A stretch of 64,000 nucleotides of DNA, from the NCBI GenBank assembly GCA_965242615.1, contig CBDESR010000002.1, positions 136,349-200,348 on the forward strand. Reading direction: 5' to 3'. Shown here in pieces: positions 1 through 8,614 of this stretch. The translations under genes were made by a program, and so were the position numbers. Positions within the stretch are counted from its first letter, which is position 1; every line of letters starts with the position of its first letter. Source of the DNA: Dehalococcoidia bacterium. GTDB taxonomy: Bacteria > Chloroflexota > Dehalococcoidia > Lucifugimonadales > UBA3495. The notes beneath the pieces were generated by a model. It had not been told where the DNA came from. It made no database searches and was given only the letters and a program-made list of their open reading frames with translations.

Positions 1-1450
1 CCAGGATACCCAGCAGCCCCATCGTAACCGTCATCGTCCCCGGCGATTCGTGGGCATGACTCACCACCTCCCCAACCTTGCCGTAAAACACCACCAACAT
101 TGCCCGCGCCATATACAGCGCGCTCAGCAAAGCCGTCAGCAAAGTCAACACCAGAAAAACCGGGTTCAAGTTCCCGTTGACCGCAATCAGAATCTCATCC
201 TTGCTCCAGAACCCGGCCAGTATCGGTATGCCCCCCAGCGACAACGCCCCAATGGAAAACAAAATCGCCGTAACCGGCATTGCCTTGCGGAGTCCCCCCA
301 TCTTGCGGATGTCTAGCTCCTCCGTCCCGTGCATCACGCTGCCCGCCCCCAGAAACAGTAGCGCCTTGGCAAACCCGTGCGCCAGCAGGTGGAATATCGC
401 CGCCGTGTACCCCAACGCCCCCAGTGACAGCATCATTAACCCCAAATGACTGATGGTCGAATACGCCAGTATCCGTTTCAAGTCCGTGGACACCAGCGCA
501 ATCGTCGCCGCCCCCAACGCCGTAATCAGCCCGATAACCGCCACCACCAGCAAGGCGTCCCCGGAGGCGTAAAAAATGGGAAATGCCCGCGCCACCAGAT
601 ACACCCCGGCTGCCACCATCGTTGCCGCGTGAATCAATGCGCTGACCGGCGTCGGCCCCTCCATCGCATCCGGCAGCCAAGTGTGAAAGGGAAACTGCGC
701 CGACTTCCCCATCGCCCCCATAAACAGCAGCAATGCCGCCGCCGTAGCCACGCCCTCGCTCATCGCCCCGCTTTGGGCGGCCGCAAAGGCATCCGTCATA
801 CTGAAACTGCCCACTTCCCGCCACAGCAGCAGGATACCGATTAGCAGCCCCACATCCCCGATCCGGGTAACAATGAAGGCTTTCTTGGCTGCCTCCCGCG
901 GCCCCCGATTCTCAAACCAGAAACCAATCAGCAGGTAAGAACACAGCCCCACCAATTCCCATGCCACATACAGCAGCAGGAAGTTGTCCGCCAATACCAA
1001 AGTCAGCATCGACGCGATAAACAAGGCGTGAAAGGCATAGTACCAGTCAAAGCGCGGGTCGCCCTTCATATACCCCAAGGAATAAACCTGCACCATCAGG
1101 GCTACAAAGGTTGCCAGCCCCAGCATCGCCACCGTCAGCGGGTCGATGATATATCCCCAAGTCAGCCGCACCCGCTGGTCAATATCATTCTCCTCACCCG
1201 GGAAACCCGCCTCGAACCAGGTCCGTTCGTAGGAACAGGTCAGCGCCCCCGTTCCCTCGCCCTCAAGACAGTTGAGCAGCTCCGGACTGGCGTTCAGAAA
1301 GCCGAACAGAGTTACCCAAAACAGGATAAACCCGCCGGCCACCGCCAAAATCGCCAACGGCGACCCCTTGCCCGGCAGATACTTGCCGAACAGGATAATC
1401 AGCGGCGTTGCGGCAAAACTCAATACCGGGATCAGCCAAGCCCATTCCAT
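1..1450 (-). CDS. nuoL: NADH-quinone oxidoreductase subunit L, operon copy 1 (C-terminal part lies outside the window)
   Basis: Absent from the ORF track because it runs off the window edge. My translation of the minus strand from ATG 1450-1448 reads MEWAWLIPVLSFAATPLIILFGKYL... It contains ...GKSAQFPFHTWLPDAMEGPTPVSALIHAATMVAAGV..., almost identical to the same stretch of copy 2 NuoL, and I read the frame as open in the stretches checked, including down to base 2. Lies directly downstream of nuoK. Confidence 0.9.
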   Translation of the reverse strand, partial: MEWAWLIPVLSFAATPLIILFGKYLPGKGSPLAILAVAGGFILFWVTLFGFLNASPELLNCLEGEGTGALTCSYERTWFEAGFPGEENDIDQRVRLTWGYIIDPLTVAMLGLATFVALMVQVYSLGYMKGDPRFDWYYAFHALFIASMLTLVLADNFLLLYVAWELVGLCSYLLIGFWFENRGPREAAKKAFIVTRIGDVGLLIGILLLWREVGSFSMTDAFAAAQSGAMSEGVATAAALLLFMGAMGKSAQFPFHTWLPDAMEGPTPVSALIHAATMVAAGVYLVARAFPIFYASGDALLVVAVIGLITALGAATIALVSTDLKRILAYSTISHLGLMMLSLGALGYTAAIFHLLAHGFAKALLFLGAGSVMHGTEELDIRKMGGLRKAMPVTAILFSIGALSLGGIPILAGFWSKDEILIAVNGNLNPVFLVLTLLTALLSALYMARAMLVVFYGKVGEVVSHAHESPGTMTVTMGLLGIL

Positions 1451-1511
1451 AGCTAAGCCTTGCCCTCCCCCGGGGCGGCCGCCGCCTTATGTCCCGAAAA
1501 CAATGCCACCG

Positions 1512-1832
1512 CTACCACTTCATCAAGTTCAGTTCGTCCACATTGACCGTGGCCCGATTGCGGTACATCCGCAGGATAATCGCCAACGCCAGCCCCACTT
1601 CGGCGGCCGCGATGGTGATGATGAAAATTGCCAGTATCTGCCCGTCAAAATTGGCGAACAGCCCGTAACCCTCCCGGTGGGACGCGGCGGCAATCAGGTT
1701 GATGTTGACCGCATTCAGCATCAACTCAATAGACATCACAATCAGCACCGCGCTCCGCCGGGCCAGCACCCCGTACAGCCCAATGGCAAACAAGGCCGCG
1801 CTCAACAGCTGAAATGCCACCAACGGTACCAC
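1512..1832 (-). CDS. nuoK: NADH-quinone oxidoreductase subunit K, copy 1
   Basis: ORF 1512..1877 with the NuoK-like core LYGVLARRSAVLIVMSIELMLNAVNINLIAAA. I prefer GTG at 1832-1830, which lies 1 nt after the nuoJ stop TAA (1836-1834). That gives about 106 aa, similar to copy 2 NuoK (109 aa). Confidence 0.85.
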   Translation of the reverse strand: MVPLVAFQLLSAALFAIGLYGVLARRSAVLIVMSIELMLNAVNINLIAAASHREGYGLFANFDGQILAIFIITIAAAEVGLALAIILRMYRNRATVNVDELNLMKW

Positions 1833-1833
1833 T

Positions 1834-2322
1834 TTAAGACCTGTCCTCCCCGCTCCGGGCAATGATAATCGCCCCAATCAATGCCACCAGCAGCACCAGC
1901 GACGCCACCTCAAAGGGAATCGCCCACCGCGTAAAAAGCGAATTAGCCAAGTCGCTGAACGCCGGGCTTTGCGGCGTCGTCCCCGAAACTCCCCGCACCA
2001 AAAACGCCGCCCCCAACACTACCCCCACCCCGGCCGCTGCCGCCACTGCCAACGGCCACTGCCGGTTGTCCGAAATCCGGGGATAGTCCGGTGTTCGCGT
2101 CAGCATAATCGCAAACAGCAGCACGATGATGATGGCCCCCCCGTAAATCAGCACCTGCACCAAGGCCAGAAACTCCGCAAAGAGTATCAGGTACAACCCG
2201 GCCACCGCCACCAGCGAGACCAGCAGAAACAGGGCGGCGTGAACCACATTGCGGGTAACTACCACGCCCAAGCCGCCGCCCAGGGTGAACACCGCCAAGA
2301 CTATGAACAGAAACCAGGACAA
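1834..2322 (-). CDS. nuoJ: NADH-quinone oxidoreductase subunit J, copy 1
   Basis: 162-aa hydrophobic ORF. The segment FAEFLALVQVLIYGGAIIIVLLFAIML parallels copy 2 NuoJ (SAEFLAVVQVLIYVGAISILFIFAIML). Positioned between nuoI and nuoK. Confidence 0.88.
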   Translation of the reverse strand: MSWFLFIVLAVFTLGGGLGVVVTRNVVHAALFLLVSLVAVAGLYLILFAEFLALVQVLIYGGAIIIVLLFAIMLTRTPDYPRISDNRQWPLAVAAAAGVGVVLGAAFLVRGVSGTTPQSPAFSDLANSLFTRWAIPFEVASLVLLVALIGAIIIARSGEDRS

Positions 2323-2406
2323 GGCTCCTTACCCCGCTCCTTTCCGTTTTTCCTTACCGTTACAAACCTATTGCCGGCCCGTCATTCCCGGGCCGGCGCC
2401 AACCCC

Positions 2407-2988
2407 TTACTCCCCGGTCTCCGCCCCGGCCGCCGCCGGTTTCTTTTCCGCAGCAACAGGCGCGGCGGCGGCCGCCGCTTTAGCCGCATCCTCGGCATCC
2501 TTCTTTTGCTTGGCCAACACCGTCGGCGGTATCCACCCCGTTTCCTGCTGGTGTTTCGTACCGATTTCCAGCAGACCCGGCAAGTTCACCCGCGCCCCGT
2601 TGCGCTGATAGGCGCTCATCTCATGCTCGTGGCTCATCACGATGGCGTCAAAGTTGCACACCTCAACACAGATGCCGCACAGAATGCACCGGTTCAGGTT
2701 AATCTCGAAATAGTCCACAATCTTGCGGCGCGAACTCTGCCCCTCGGCGTTCTTGGGGTTGTCCATCATACTGGCCGACATACACTGCGTCGGGCAGTTG
2801 CGGATGCACACCATACACCCGGTACAGTACGGCTCCTCCACGCCATCATCCCAGGTCAACGCCGGAAACCCCATAAACCGCGGCTGTACCGGCGTCGGCG
2901 CCGTCGGATACTGCCGGGTTACCGGTTTCCGCAGCCCGGTAAGGGTCGAAGTCAGGGTCAGAAACATCCCTTTAACGCTGTTCAGCAT
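2407..2988 (-). CDS. nuoI: NADH-quinone oxidoreductase subunit I (2x[4Fe-4S] ferredoxin-type), copy 1
   Basis: Two CxxCxxCxxxC(P) motifs: CTGCMVCIRNCP and CILCGICVEVC. Positioned between nuoH and nuoJ. Has an Ala/Lys-rich C-terminal tail. Confidence 0.9.
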   Translation of the reverse strand: MLNSVKGMFLTLTSTLTGLRKPVTRQYPTAPTPVQPRFMGFPALTWDDGVEEPYCTGCMVCIRNCPTQCMSASMMDNPKNAEGQSSRRKIVDYFEINLNRCILCGICVEVCNFDAIVMSHEHEMSAYQRNGARVNLPGLLEIGTKHQQETGWIPPTVLAKQKKDAEDAAKAAAAAAPVAAEKKPAAAGAETGE

Positions 2989-3007
2989 TGCCGCTACTCC
3001 CTGCCGT

Positions 3008-4135
3008 CTATCCGGCCCGTTGCCCGCTCGACCGCCGCTGTGCCAGCTGCGCCGCCTGCCGCGCCCGCACCTCCGCCACCCGCCGCGCCGGCCCCATCAT
3101 CCGCCGATACACCAGCCAGCCCACTACTGCCAGCCCCGCCAGCGACATCAGCGTCAAACTCCACGCCGGCCACCCGTAAAACAGATACAAAGCCGTGATG
3201 ACGATGGAATAAAAGGACAGCGGTACCATCGCCTTCCACGCAAAAGCCATCAACTGGTCAATCCGCAGCCGGGGGAAAGTCCCCCGAATCCAGAACACCA
3301 CCAGTATAACCGCATAAACCTTGATTAGAAACCACACCACCCCCGGCAACAGCGGCCCCGACCACCCGCCCAGAAACAGCAGCGTCACCAGGGCGGCGAT
3401 GGCAAAGGTATTGATATACTCTGCCAGAAAGAACACCGACCAGTGCGCCCCGCTGTATTCCACAAACGGCCCCCCCACTACCTCCGACTCGGCGTGGTAA
3501 ATGTCAAAGGGCGTCCGTCCCACTTCGGCCAAGCCGGCGATAAAGAATACCACCATCCCCAAGGGCAAAATCAAGGCGTACGGCACCGGATTTTGCTGCG
3601 CCACAATCACCTGCAAATTCAGCGATTGCGCCAGCATCGCCACCGCTACCACTACCATAATCACCGGGATTTCGTAGCTGATTAGCTGTGCCGCCGACCG
3701 CAACCCTCCCAGTACCCCATACTTGTTAGCCGACCCCCATCCCGCCAGCACCAGCCCCAGAATCCCGATAACTGCAAAGGCCGTGATGTAAAACAGCCCC
3801 AAGTCCAGATTCCGCAGTACCAGCCCTTCCGCTCCGGGAATAGTTACCCAAATCATAAAGGCCGACATAACCACGATAACCGGCGCCGCCCAGAAAATCG
3901 CCTTGTCCGCCGAATCCGGAATAATATCCTCTTTCAGGATCAGTTTCACCGCGTCCGCAATGGGCTGCATCAACCCCATCGGCCCGGTGCGCGTCGGCCC
4001 TAACCGCAATTGCAGCCGCCCCAAGGCTTTCCGCTCCAGCCACACCATCGACAGTACCACCACCGATAGCGCCGTGAACATCGCTAGCAGCCCCGCCACC
4101 ATCCACGCCAGATCCGTCAAACTCACCGGCGGCAT
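3008..4135 (-). CDS. nuoH: NADH-quinone oxidoreductase subunit H, copy 1
   Basis: ORF 3008..4201. I prefer the internal ATG at 4135-4133, which overlaps the nuoD stop by 1 nt (TAATG). Polytopic membrane protein with the NuoH-like segments LERKALGRLQLRLGPTRTGPMGLMQPIADAVKL and EVGRTPFDIYHAESE. Confidence 0.9.
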   Translation of the reverse strand: MPPVSLTDLAWMVAGLLAMFTALSVVVLSMVWLERKALGRLQLRLGPTRTGPMGLMQPIADAVKLILKEDIIPDSADKAIFWAAPVIVVMSAFMIWVTIPGAEGLVLRNLDLGLFYITAFAVIGILGLVLAGWGSANKYGVLGGLRSAAQLISYEIPVIMVVVAVAMLAQSLNLQVIVAQQNPVPYALILPLGMVVFFIAGLAEVGRTPFDIYHAESEVVGGPFVEYSGAHWSVFFLAEYINTFAIAALVTLLFLGGWSGPLLPGVVWFLIKVYAVILVVFWIRGTFPRLRIDQLMAFAWKAMVPLSFYSIVITALYLFYGWPAWSLTLMSLAGLAVVGWLVYRRMMGPARRVAEVRARQAAQLAQRRSSGQRAG

Positions 4136-5283
4136 TACCGATCCACCTCCCCCAGCACAATATCCAGCGACCCCAGAATCACCACCGAATCCGCAATCCA
4201 CGAATCTTGCAGCAGATGCTTAATCGCCGCCAAGTTGCAGAAAGAGGGCGGCCGCACCTTCACCCGGTAGGGCCGGTCCGTACCGTTGCTGACCAGATGA
4301 ACGCCGATTTCCCCCCGGGGATTCTCCGACCGCACATACACCTCTCCGGCCGGCGGCCGAATCAGCCGCCGCCCCAGGGACGAAGTCACATTCCCCGCCG
4401 GCATTTGCGCCAACGCCTGCTCCACAATCCGCAGCGACTCGTACATCTCCTGCACCCGTACCCAATGCCGATCCCAGCAATCCCCATCCAAGCCGACCGG
4501 AATATCAAACTCAAACCGGTCATACACCGAATAAGGCTGCGCCTTGCGGACATCATACTCCACCCCGCACCCGCGCAGACACGGCCCGGTCAGCCCGTAG
4601 CCAATGGCATCCTCCCGGCTGATCGCCCCCACATCCTTGAGCCGGGACAGGAAAATCTCATTAAAAGTCAGAATTTTGTCGCTTTCCTCGACATCCGCCC
4701 GCACCACCGGCAGCAAATCCCGAATCAGCTGCTCAAAGTTATCCGGCAGCTCCTCTTTCAGTCCGCCGATGCGGAAATAGTTGTGCATCATCCGCGCCCC
4801 GGACACCGCCTCAAACAAAGCCTGAATCCGTTCCCGCCCCCGAAAAGCGAACATCGTCGGCGTCATCGCCCCGGCGTCCAGCCCGATTGTCCCAACATAC
4901 AGCAAGTGGCTGGCAATGCGGTTCAGTTCACACAGGATAACCCGCACATACTCCGCCCGCTCCGACACTTCCAACCCCATCAGCTGCTCCACCGCCCGGC
5001 AATAAGCCAACTCATTATTAAAGTTAGCCACATAGTCCAGCCGGTCAAACAGGGTAATGACCTGATGGTACTGCTCCCCCTCGCACAGCTTTTCCGAACC
5101 CCGGTGCAGGTAGCCGATATGCGGCTCGACGGCAACGATTTTCTCCCCGTCCACCCACAGCACCATCCGAAATACGCCGTGCGTCGACGGATGTTGCGGC
5201 CCCATATTCAGCAGCATCTCCATCGGCTCGGCGTCAGCCGGCCCGGCGGCAGTGGTGGTTAGGTCCGTGCGGGTCTCTATCAT
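4135..5283 (-). CDS. nuoD: NADH-quinone oxidoreductase subunit D (49 kDa), copy 1
   Basis: 382 aa with NMGPQHPSTHGVFRMVL...HIGYLHRGSEKL...LGSLDIVLGEVDR, the hallmark NuoD N- and C-terminal motifs. SD GGGGAG upstream of the ATG. Confidence 0.93.
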   Translation of the reverse strand: MIETRTDLTTTAAGPADAEPMEMLLNMGPQHPSTHGVFRMVLWVDGEKIVAVEPHIGYLHRGSEKLCEGEQYHQVITLFDRLDYVANFNNELAYCRAVEQLMGLEVSERAEYVRVILCELNRIASHLLYVGTIGLDAGAMTPTMFAFRGRERIQALFEAVSGARMMHNYFRIGGLKEELPDNFEQLIRDLLPVVRADVEESDKILTFNEIFLSRLKDVGAISREDAIGYGLTGPCLRGCGVEYDVRKAQPYSVYDRFEFDIPVGLDGDCWDRHWVRVQEMYESLRIVEQALAQMPAGNVTSSLGRRLIRPPAGEVYVRSENPRGEIGVHLVSNGTDRPYRVKVRPPSFCNLAAIKHLLQDSWIADSVVILGSLDIVLGEVDR

Positions 5284-5304
5284 CGGTCTCCCCGATACCC
5301 TCGG

Positions 5305-5574
5305 TTACAGAAAAGTCAGCCGCGGCTCCTTCGGCGGCGTCACTAGGCTGCTCATCCAAACCTCATCATTGTCATAAAACCCGGCGTCAATCAGCACCGC
5401 ATCCAGGATACCCAGCTCCTCGCAGTCCTCCAGATACGCCCCGATTTCGGCCCGCAGCGCCTGCCGCGCCGCATCCGCGCTGTCCCCAAAGCCGGTAATC
5501 ACCAACTCCGGGCAATACGCTTCCCAGCTGCTCCCCTGCTGCGACTCCTCAATTTGATAGACGATTTTATCCAC
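5305..5574 (-). CDS. Small HicB-fold (UPF0150-like) protein embedded in nuo operon copy 1 (second of a tandem pair)
   Basis: ORF 5305..5682. I prefer GTG at 5574-5572, 4 nt after the upstream TAA (5581-5579). The sequence VDKIVYQIEESQQGSSWEAYCPELVITGFGDSADAARQALRAEIGAYLED... matches the HicB-like antitoxin-fold pattern (aromatic-x-A-x-x-P-x-L...G-x-[ST]-x-x-x-A...L). The stop is 21 nt before the nuoD start. Confidence 0.6.
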   Translation of the reverse strand: MDKIVYQIEESQQGSSWEAYCPELVITGFGDSADAARQALRAEIGAYLEDCEELGILDAVLIDAGFYDNDEVWMSSLVTPPKEPRLTFL

Positions 5575-5578
5575 GCGG

Positions 5579-5836
5579 TTACTCCACGAACTGCAATTGC
5601 AGCTCCGTATACTCCTCCACTCCCGGAAACCCGGCTTGCGCCAGCGTCTCCTCCAGCGCGCTTTTCCCGTCCTGAACCTCAATCCAGGAACGCATCAGGC
5701 TAATCAAATTGTCCTGGGCTTGGGCGGCGGTTTCCCCCTCGGCTTCCAGCTCCAAGGCGTCCAGGCGGGCGATATAGCGGCCGTCGGACTGCTGCACTTG
5801 GGCGGTCAAAACCGTTGGCTCGAGGATTGGCGTCAC
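5579..5836 (-). CDS. Small HicB-fold-like protein embedded in nuo operon copy 1 (first of a tandem pair)
   Basis: 85-aa ORF starting at GTG 5836, 5 nt after the nuoC stop TAG (5844-5842). The segment ...DGRYIARLDALELEAEGETAAQAQDNLISLMRSWIE...LAQAGF aligns with the downstream paralog (...WEAYCPELVITGFGDSADAARQALRAEIGAYLE...LIDAGF). Confidence 0.55.
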   Translation of the reverse strand: MTPILEPTVLTAQVQQSDGRYIARLDALELEAEGETAAQAQDNLISLMRSWIEVQDGKSALEETLAQAGFPGVEEYTELQLQFVE

Positions 5837-5841
5837 TGTTG

Positions 5842-6381
5842 CTAAAACTCCCGGTACTCGTAAAAGGGAAACTCTTTCCGCCCCGGAAAGCCCTCAAACC
5901 CTTCATACAGCAGCAGCGGCGCCTCGTCCGGATTCCCCTCGAAAGAGACTCCGAACAAATCCCGCGCTTCCCGCTCGTACCATTCCGCCGCCGGCCAAAT
6001 CCCCGCCACCGACGGCAGGCGCGGGTCAGCATAAGGCACCTCGGCCTTGATGACCAGCATCCCCGCGGTCTCAATGGAATGGAGAAAATAAACCAGCTGA
6101 AAATAGCTTTCGTAGTCCACGCAGGAAAGACAATGCAGCATCGTCAGCGCCAACCGGGCATCCTCTTTAGCCCGCCGGCACGCCCGCTCAATCGCCGCCG
6201 CCGCCATTTTCACCTGCGGTAGGTCTCCCAATACGCCCGGCTCGGGATCCAAGTCCCCCAGAACTTCCTGCGCCGCCGTCAGCGTTTCCCGCCCCCGGTC
6301 CGACAGAACCGAATAGTCGGGTTGCGCGGCGGCATCCCCGGCTTCCCCGTGGCCGGCGGCTTGTCTAGTTGCCGCTGCCAC
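5842..6381 (-). CDS. nuoC: NADH-quinone oxidoreductase subunit C (30 kDa), copy 1
   Basis: ORF 5842..6492. The C-terminal two thirds are NuoC-like: [21 protein letters not shown]...[30 protein letters not shown]...[17 protein letters not shown], which parallels copy 2. The start is uncertain. GTG at 6381 would overlap the nuoB end by 17 nt, and the upstream part of the ORF overlaps nuoB in another frame. Confidence 0.8.
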   Translation of the reverse strand: MAAATRQAAGHGEAGDAAAQPDYSVLSDRGRETLTAAQEVLGDLDPEPGVLGDLPQVKMAAAAIERACRRAKEDARLALTMLHCLSCVDYESYFQLVYFLHSIETAGMLVIKAEVPYADPRLPSVAGIWPAAEWYEREARDLFGVSFEGNPDEAPLLLYEGFEGFPGRKEFPFYEYREF

Positions 6382-6898
6382 TCTTGGCGTCCTGCATAAT
6401 CTTTTCCTGAAGTTTAAGGATACCGAACAGCAGCGCCTCCGGCCGCGGCGGACATCCCGGCACATAAACATCCACCGGGATGATATGGTCAACCCCCATC
6501 ACCACCGAATAGGAGCGGTAATAAGGGCCGCCATTCGTAGCGCAACTCCCCATCGCGATAACCCACTTCGGATCCGGCATCTGCTCGTACAGCAGGCGGA
6601 TAGGCTCCGCCATTTTCTTGACCACCGTCCCCGCCACAATCATCACATCCGACTGCCGCGGCGACGGCCAGGTCACTACCCCGAACCGGTCGAAATCGTG
6701 ATGCGCCATATAGGTGGAAATCATCTCGATGGCGCAGCAAGCCAAGCCGAAACTCAGCATCCACAGCGACGACTTGCGGGACAGGGCGAAAAGCTGCTCG
6801 CTGGTAGTGGTAATCACCCCCGGCGCCCTGCCAGACATAGCCTGATTCAACAGACTCGGCGCCGGCCGATTCCCCGGCCCCAGAATTATTTCTGCCAT
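6365..6898 (-). CDS. nuoB: NADH-quinone oxidoreductase subunit B (20 kDa, N2 cluster), copy 1
   Basis: ORF 6365..7021. I prefer ATG at 6898-6896 (MAEIILGP...). Motifs: [24 protein letters not shown] and [11 protein letters not shown]. Confidence 0.92.
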   Translation of the reverse strand: MAEIILGPGNRPAPSLLNQAMSGRAPGVITTTSEQLFALSRKSSLWMLSFGLACCAIEMISTYMAHHDFDRFGVVTWPSPRQSDVMIVAGTVVKKMAEPIRLLYEQMPDPKWVIAMGSCATNGGPYYRSYSVVMGVDHIIPVDVYVPGCPPRPEALLFGILKLQEKIMQDAKSGSGN

Positions 6899-7281
6899 TC
6901 CAGAACCCCTTTCCGCCAGCCGTAAATGATGGCAAAGAACAGCACCCCCAGAAACAGCAGCATCGCGTAAAAGGGAATGGCATTCCCCAAATCCCGCTGC
7001 TCCAGAAAGATGACCGCCCACGGAAACAGAAACACCGCTTCCACATCAAAGATGAGGAACAGAATGGCGAAAATGTAGAACCGCAGGTTGATATTCGACC
7101 AGGAAAAGCGCGCCGGTACGATGCCGCATTCGTAGGTCGAGAGTTTCGTCGGGTTAGGGCGGCGCGAGGACAGAATGCGGGAAGCCAGAAACATCCCCCC
7201 GATAGCCACCAAGGCGACAATGGCGGCGAGAGCCACCATCGTCCAGTTGCCGAAAAACAGGTTAGGGTCGAAAGTCTGCAC
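6886..7281 (-). CDS. nuoA: NADH-quinone oxidoreductase subunit A, copy 1
   Basis: ORF 6886..7344 with the NuoA core [12 protein letters not shown]...[23 protein letters not shown] prefer GTG at 7281-7279. First, a strong promoter (-10 at 7335-7340) falls inside the longer ORF. Second, this start puts the YECG motif at the same distance from the N-terminus as in copy 2 (53 vs 54 residues). The alternative start is 7344. Confidence 0.8.
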   Translation of the reverse strand: MQTFDPNLFFGNWTMVALAAIVALVAIGGMFLASRILSSRRPNPTKLSTYECGIVPARFSWSNINLRFYIFAILFLIFDVEAVFLFPWAVIFLEQRDLGNAIPFYAMLLFLGVLFFAIIYGWRKGVLEWQK

Positions 7282-7334
7282 TTCAGATACCGCCGGCCGG
7301 GTAAAATCCCCCGCTGGGAAAGATAACGGGGGTA

Positions 7335-7363
7335 ATAATAGCACTGGCGGGAAAGGGTGTCAA
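7335..7363 (-). promoter_or_regulatory. Sigma-70-type promoter of nuo operon copy 1
   Basis: The minus strand reads TTGACA (7363-7358), a 17-nt spacer, then TATTAT (7340-7335). This is a near-consensus hexamer pair about 50 nt upstream of the preferred nuoA start. Confidence 0.6.
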
Positions 7364-7530
7364 TTGTGATTCCGCCTAGTATTCTTATCATTAAAGTAAC
7401 AAAAGGAACCGTCGGCCCTGTCCTTCCCCCGGCATTGTTTCAGAAAGTGTTGGGAGGGAGCGGATTGCAAAAAGGCTGAACCGCCGTAGAATGGATTAAG
7501 CTCAAATCAGTTCTCCGGACGGTTCAACCG

Positions 7531-7857
7531 ATGCTTATCTTAAAACTAGCCGAGCAGCGTGTCCAGACCCAGCCCCTCCCGCCGCAGCGGTGTTCCGGTT
7601 GTGGCGGTCAAACCTGGCAAAAGTGGGGCGGTCAGCGGCAGCGCGCTTTAACTGATGTGCAGATCAAACGCATCCGGACCCAACGCTATCGGTGCGTGGC
7701 TTGCGGCAAAACCACCACGGCCCGGCCGTTGGGAGTCGGCCGGGGCCGGCGCAGCCAGCCCTTTACCGCCCTGCTGGGGATGTTGTATGCCCTGGGCTTG
7801 AGCACCGGGGTATTGAGGTCATCGCGGGTCTGCTGGGCTATTCGGTGGACCATGTGA
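7531..7857 (+). CDS. IS orfA: Zn-finger/HTH N-terminal part of the transposase
   Basis: CSGCGG...(26 aa)...CVACGK is a CxxC...CxxC zinc ribbon, followed by a helix-turn-helix-like FTALLGMLYALGLS. The frame then runs into a stop, and the sequence continues sensibly in the -1 frame (orfB). Confidence 0.65.
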   Translation: MLILKLAEQRVQTQPLPPQRCSGCGGQTWQKWGGQRQRALTDVQIKRIRTQRYRCVACGKTTTARPLGVGRGRRSQPFTALLGMLYALGLSTGVLRSSRVCWAIRWTM

Positions 7858-8531
7858 CCAGTTGGCGGGAAGTGCAGCGGTTGGGCCGGGCGGTGCGGCG
7901 GCGACTGCCGGCGGGCCGGGTGCGGATAGTAGGAGTGGACGAAACCTGGCTGCGGGTGCGCGGTAAATCCCGGCCGGTGAGGGTGGTAGTGGGCCGGGAC
8001 GGGCGTATGGTGGGATTGAAGTTGACCGGCCCGGGCTTTGACTATGGGCAATGGTTCCAGGAATTGGCGGAGCAGCTGGGGGTGGCAGTGGTGGTAACCG
8101 ATGACGCCAGCGAATATGCCGGGCCCATTGCGGACGCCGGGCTAGGGCGTCCGCAATGTATGGCGCTTATGCAGCGCACCTTGGGTCGTTGGAAAGGACG
8201 CCTGAAACTGGACTTGCGGGAAGCTTGGGGGGAATTGCTGGCGCAAATGTCCCAACTGGTCAAGGAGTTGCCCGCCGATGGTGCTGCGCGGTTGCACCAT
8301 TGGGCCCGAGACCCGGCCTTGCCTCGGGAGTTGCGCCGGTTGGCGGTGCATTTACCGGAACGCTGGCGACAGATGACCTTGCATCAAAGAGAACCCGGAG
8401 TACCCAATAGCACTAATTGGCTGGAGGGACGGTTCGGACGGATTAAACCCCGCTATCGGTTGCCCCGGGGGCTGAAAAGCGCCGCCGGGGCGGCTAACTT
8501 TATGGCGGTGTTGGGCGATGTATTGAAATAG
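7692..8531 (+). CDS. IS orfB: DDE transposase catalytic part
   Basis: Candidate DDE triad context: VGVDETWLRV, VVVTDDASEY and NSTNWLEGRFGRIKPRYRLPRGLKSAAGAANF (N-x-x-E-G-x-x-x-x-I-K...R motif, as in ISL3/IS1-type transposases). The homology-bearing part starts near HRGIEVIAGLLGYSV, which joins orfA at about 7800-7815. Confidence 0.7.
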   Translation: MRGLRQNHHGPAVGSRPGPAQPALYRPAGDVVCPGLEHRGIEVIAGLLGYSVDHVTSWREVQRLGRAVRRRLPAGRVRIVGVDETWLRVRGKSRPVRVVVGRDGRMVGLKLTGPGFDYGQWFQELAEQLGVAVVVTDDASEYAGPIADAGLGRPQCMALMQRTLGRWKGRLKLDLREAWGELLAQMSQLVKELPADGAARLHHWARDPALPRELRRLAVHLPERWRQMTLHQREPGVPNSTNWLEGRFGRIKPRYRLPRGLKSAAGAANFMAVLGDVLK

Positions 8532-8614
8532 GCCAGCGACTGTTGACCGCCTAACCCGACCGCCGCCCGGACTGCCAACATTTTTGGGAACAGTGCCAGT
8601 CGGGCTCGGCCAAG

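Larger units (their letters stand above)
7431..8597 (+). mobile_element. Insertion sequence (about 1.17 kb) with imperfect terminal inverted repeats; Zn-finger orfA plus DDE orfB in the -1 frame (IS1-like or ISL3-like; family unresolved)
   Basis: The left end GGCATTGTTTCAGAAAGTGTTGG (7431-7453) and right end CCAACATTTTTGGGAACAGTGCC (8575-8597) are inverted copies, 19 of 23 matching after reverse complement. The same terminal sequence forms the perfect IRs of the MITE at 61250-61390. I found no flanking direct repeat for this copy. Confidence 0.75.

Noticed and set aside
195-824. 209-aa minus-strand ORF at the left end of the window
   Set aside because: It is a wrong-frame reading inside nuoL copy 1. 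The real frame, open from 1450 to the window edge, carries the HTWLPDAMEGPTPVSALIHAATMV signature and is missing from the track only because it has no stop in the window.
7692-7857. The orfA/orfB overlap of the first IS as a programmed -1 ribosomal frameshift site (as in IS1/IS3)
   Set aside because: Not rejected outright, but I could not find a slippery heptamer or A-run in the overlap. I therefore do not claim programmed frameshifting; an inactivating indel is equally consistent.
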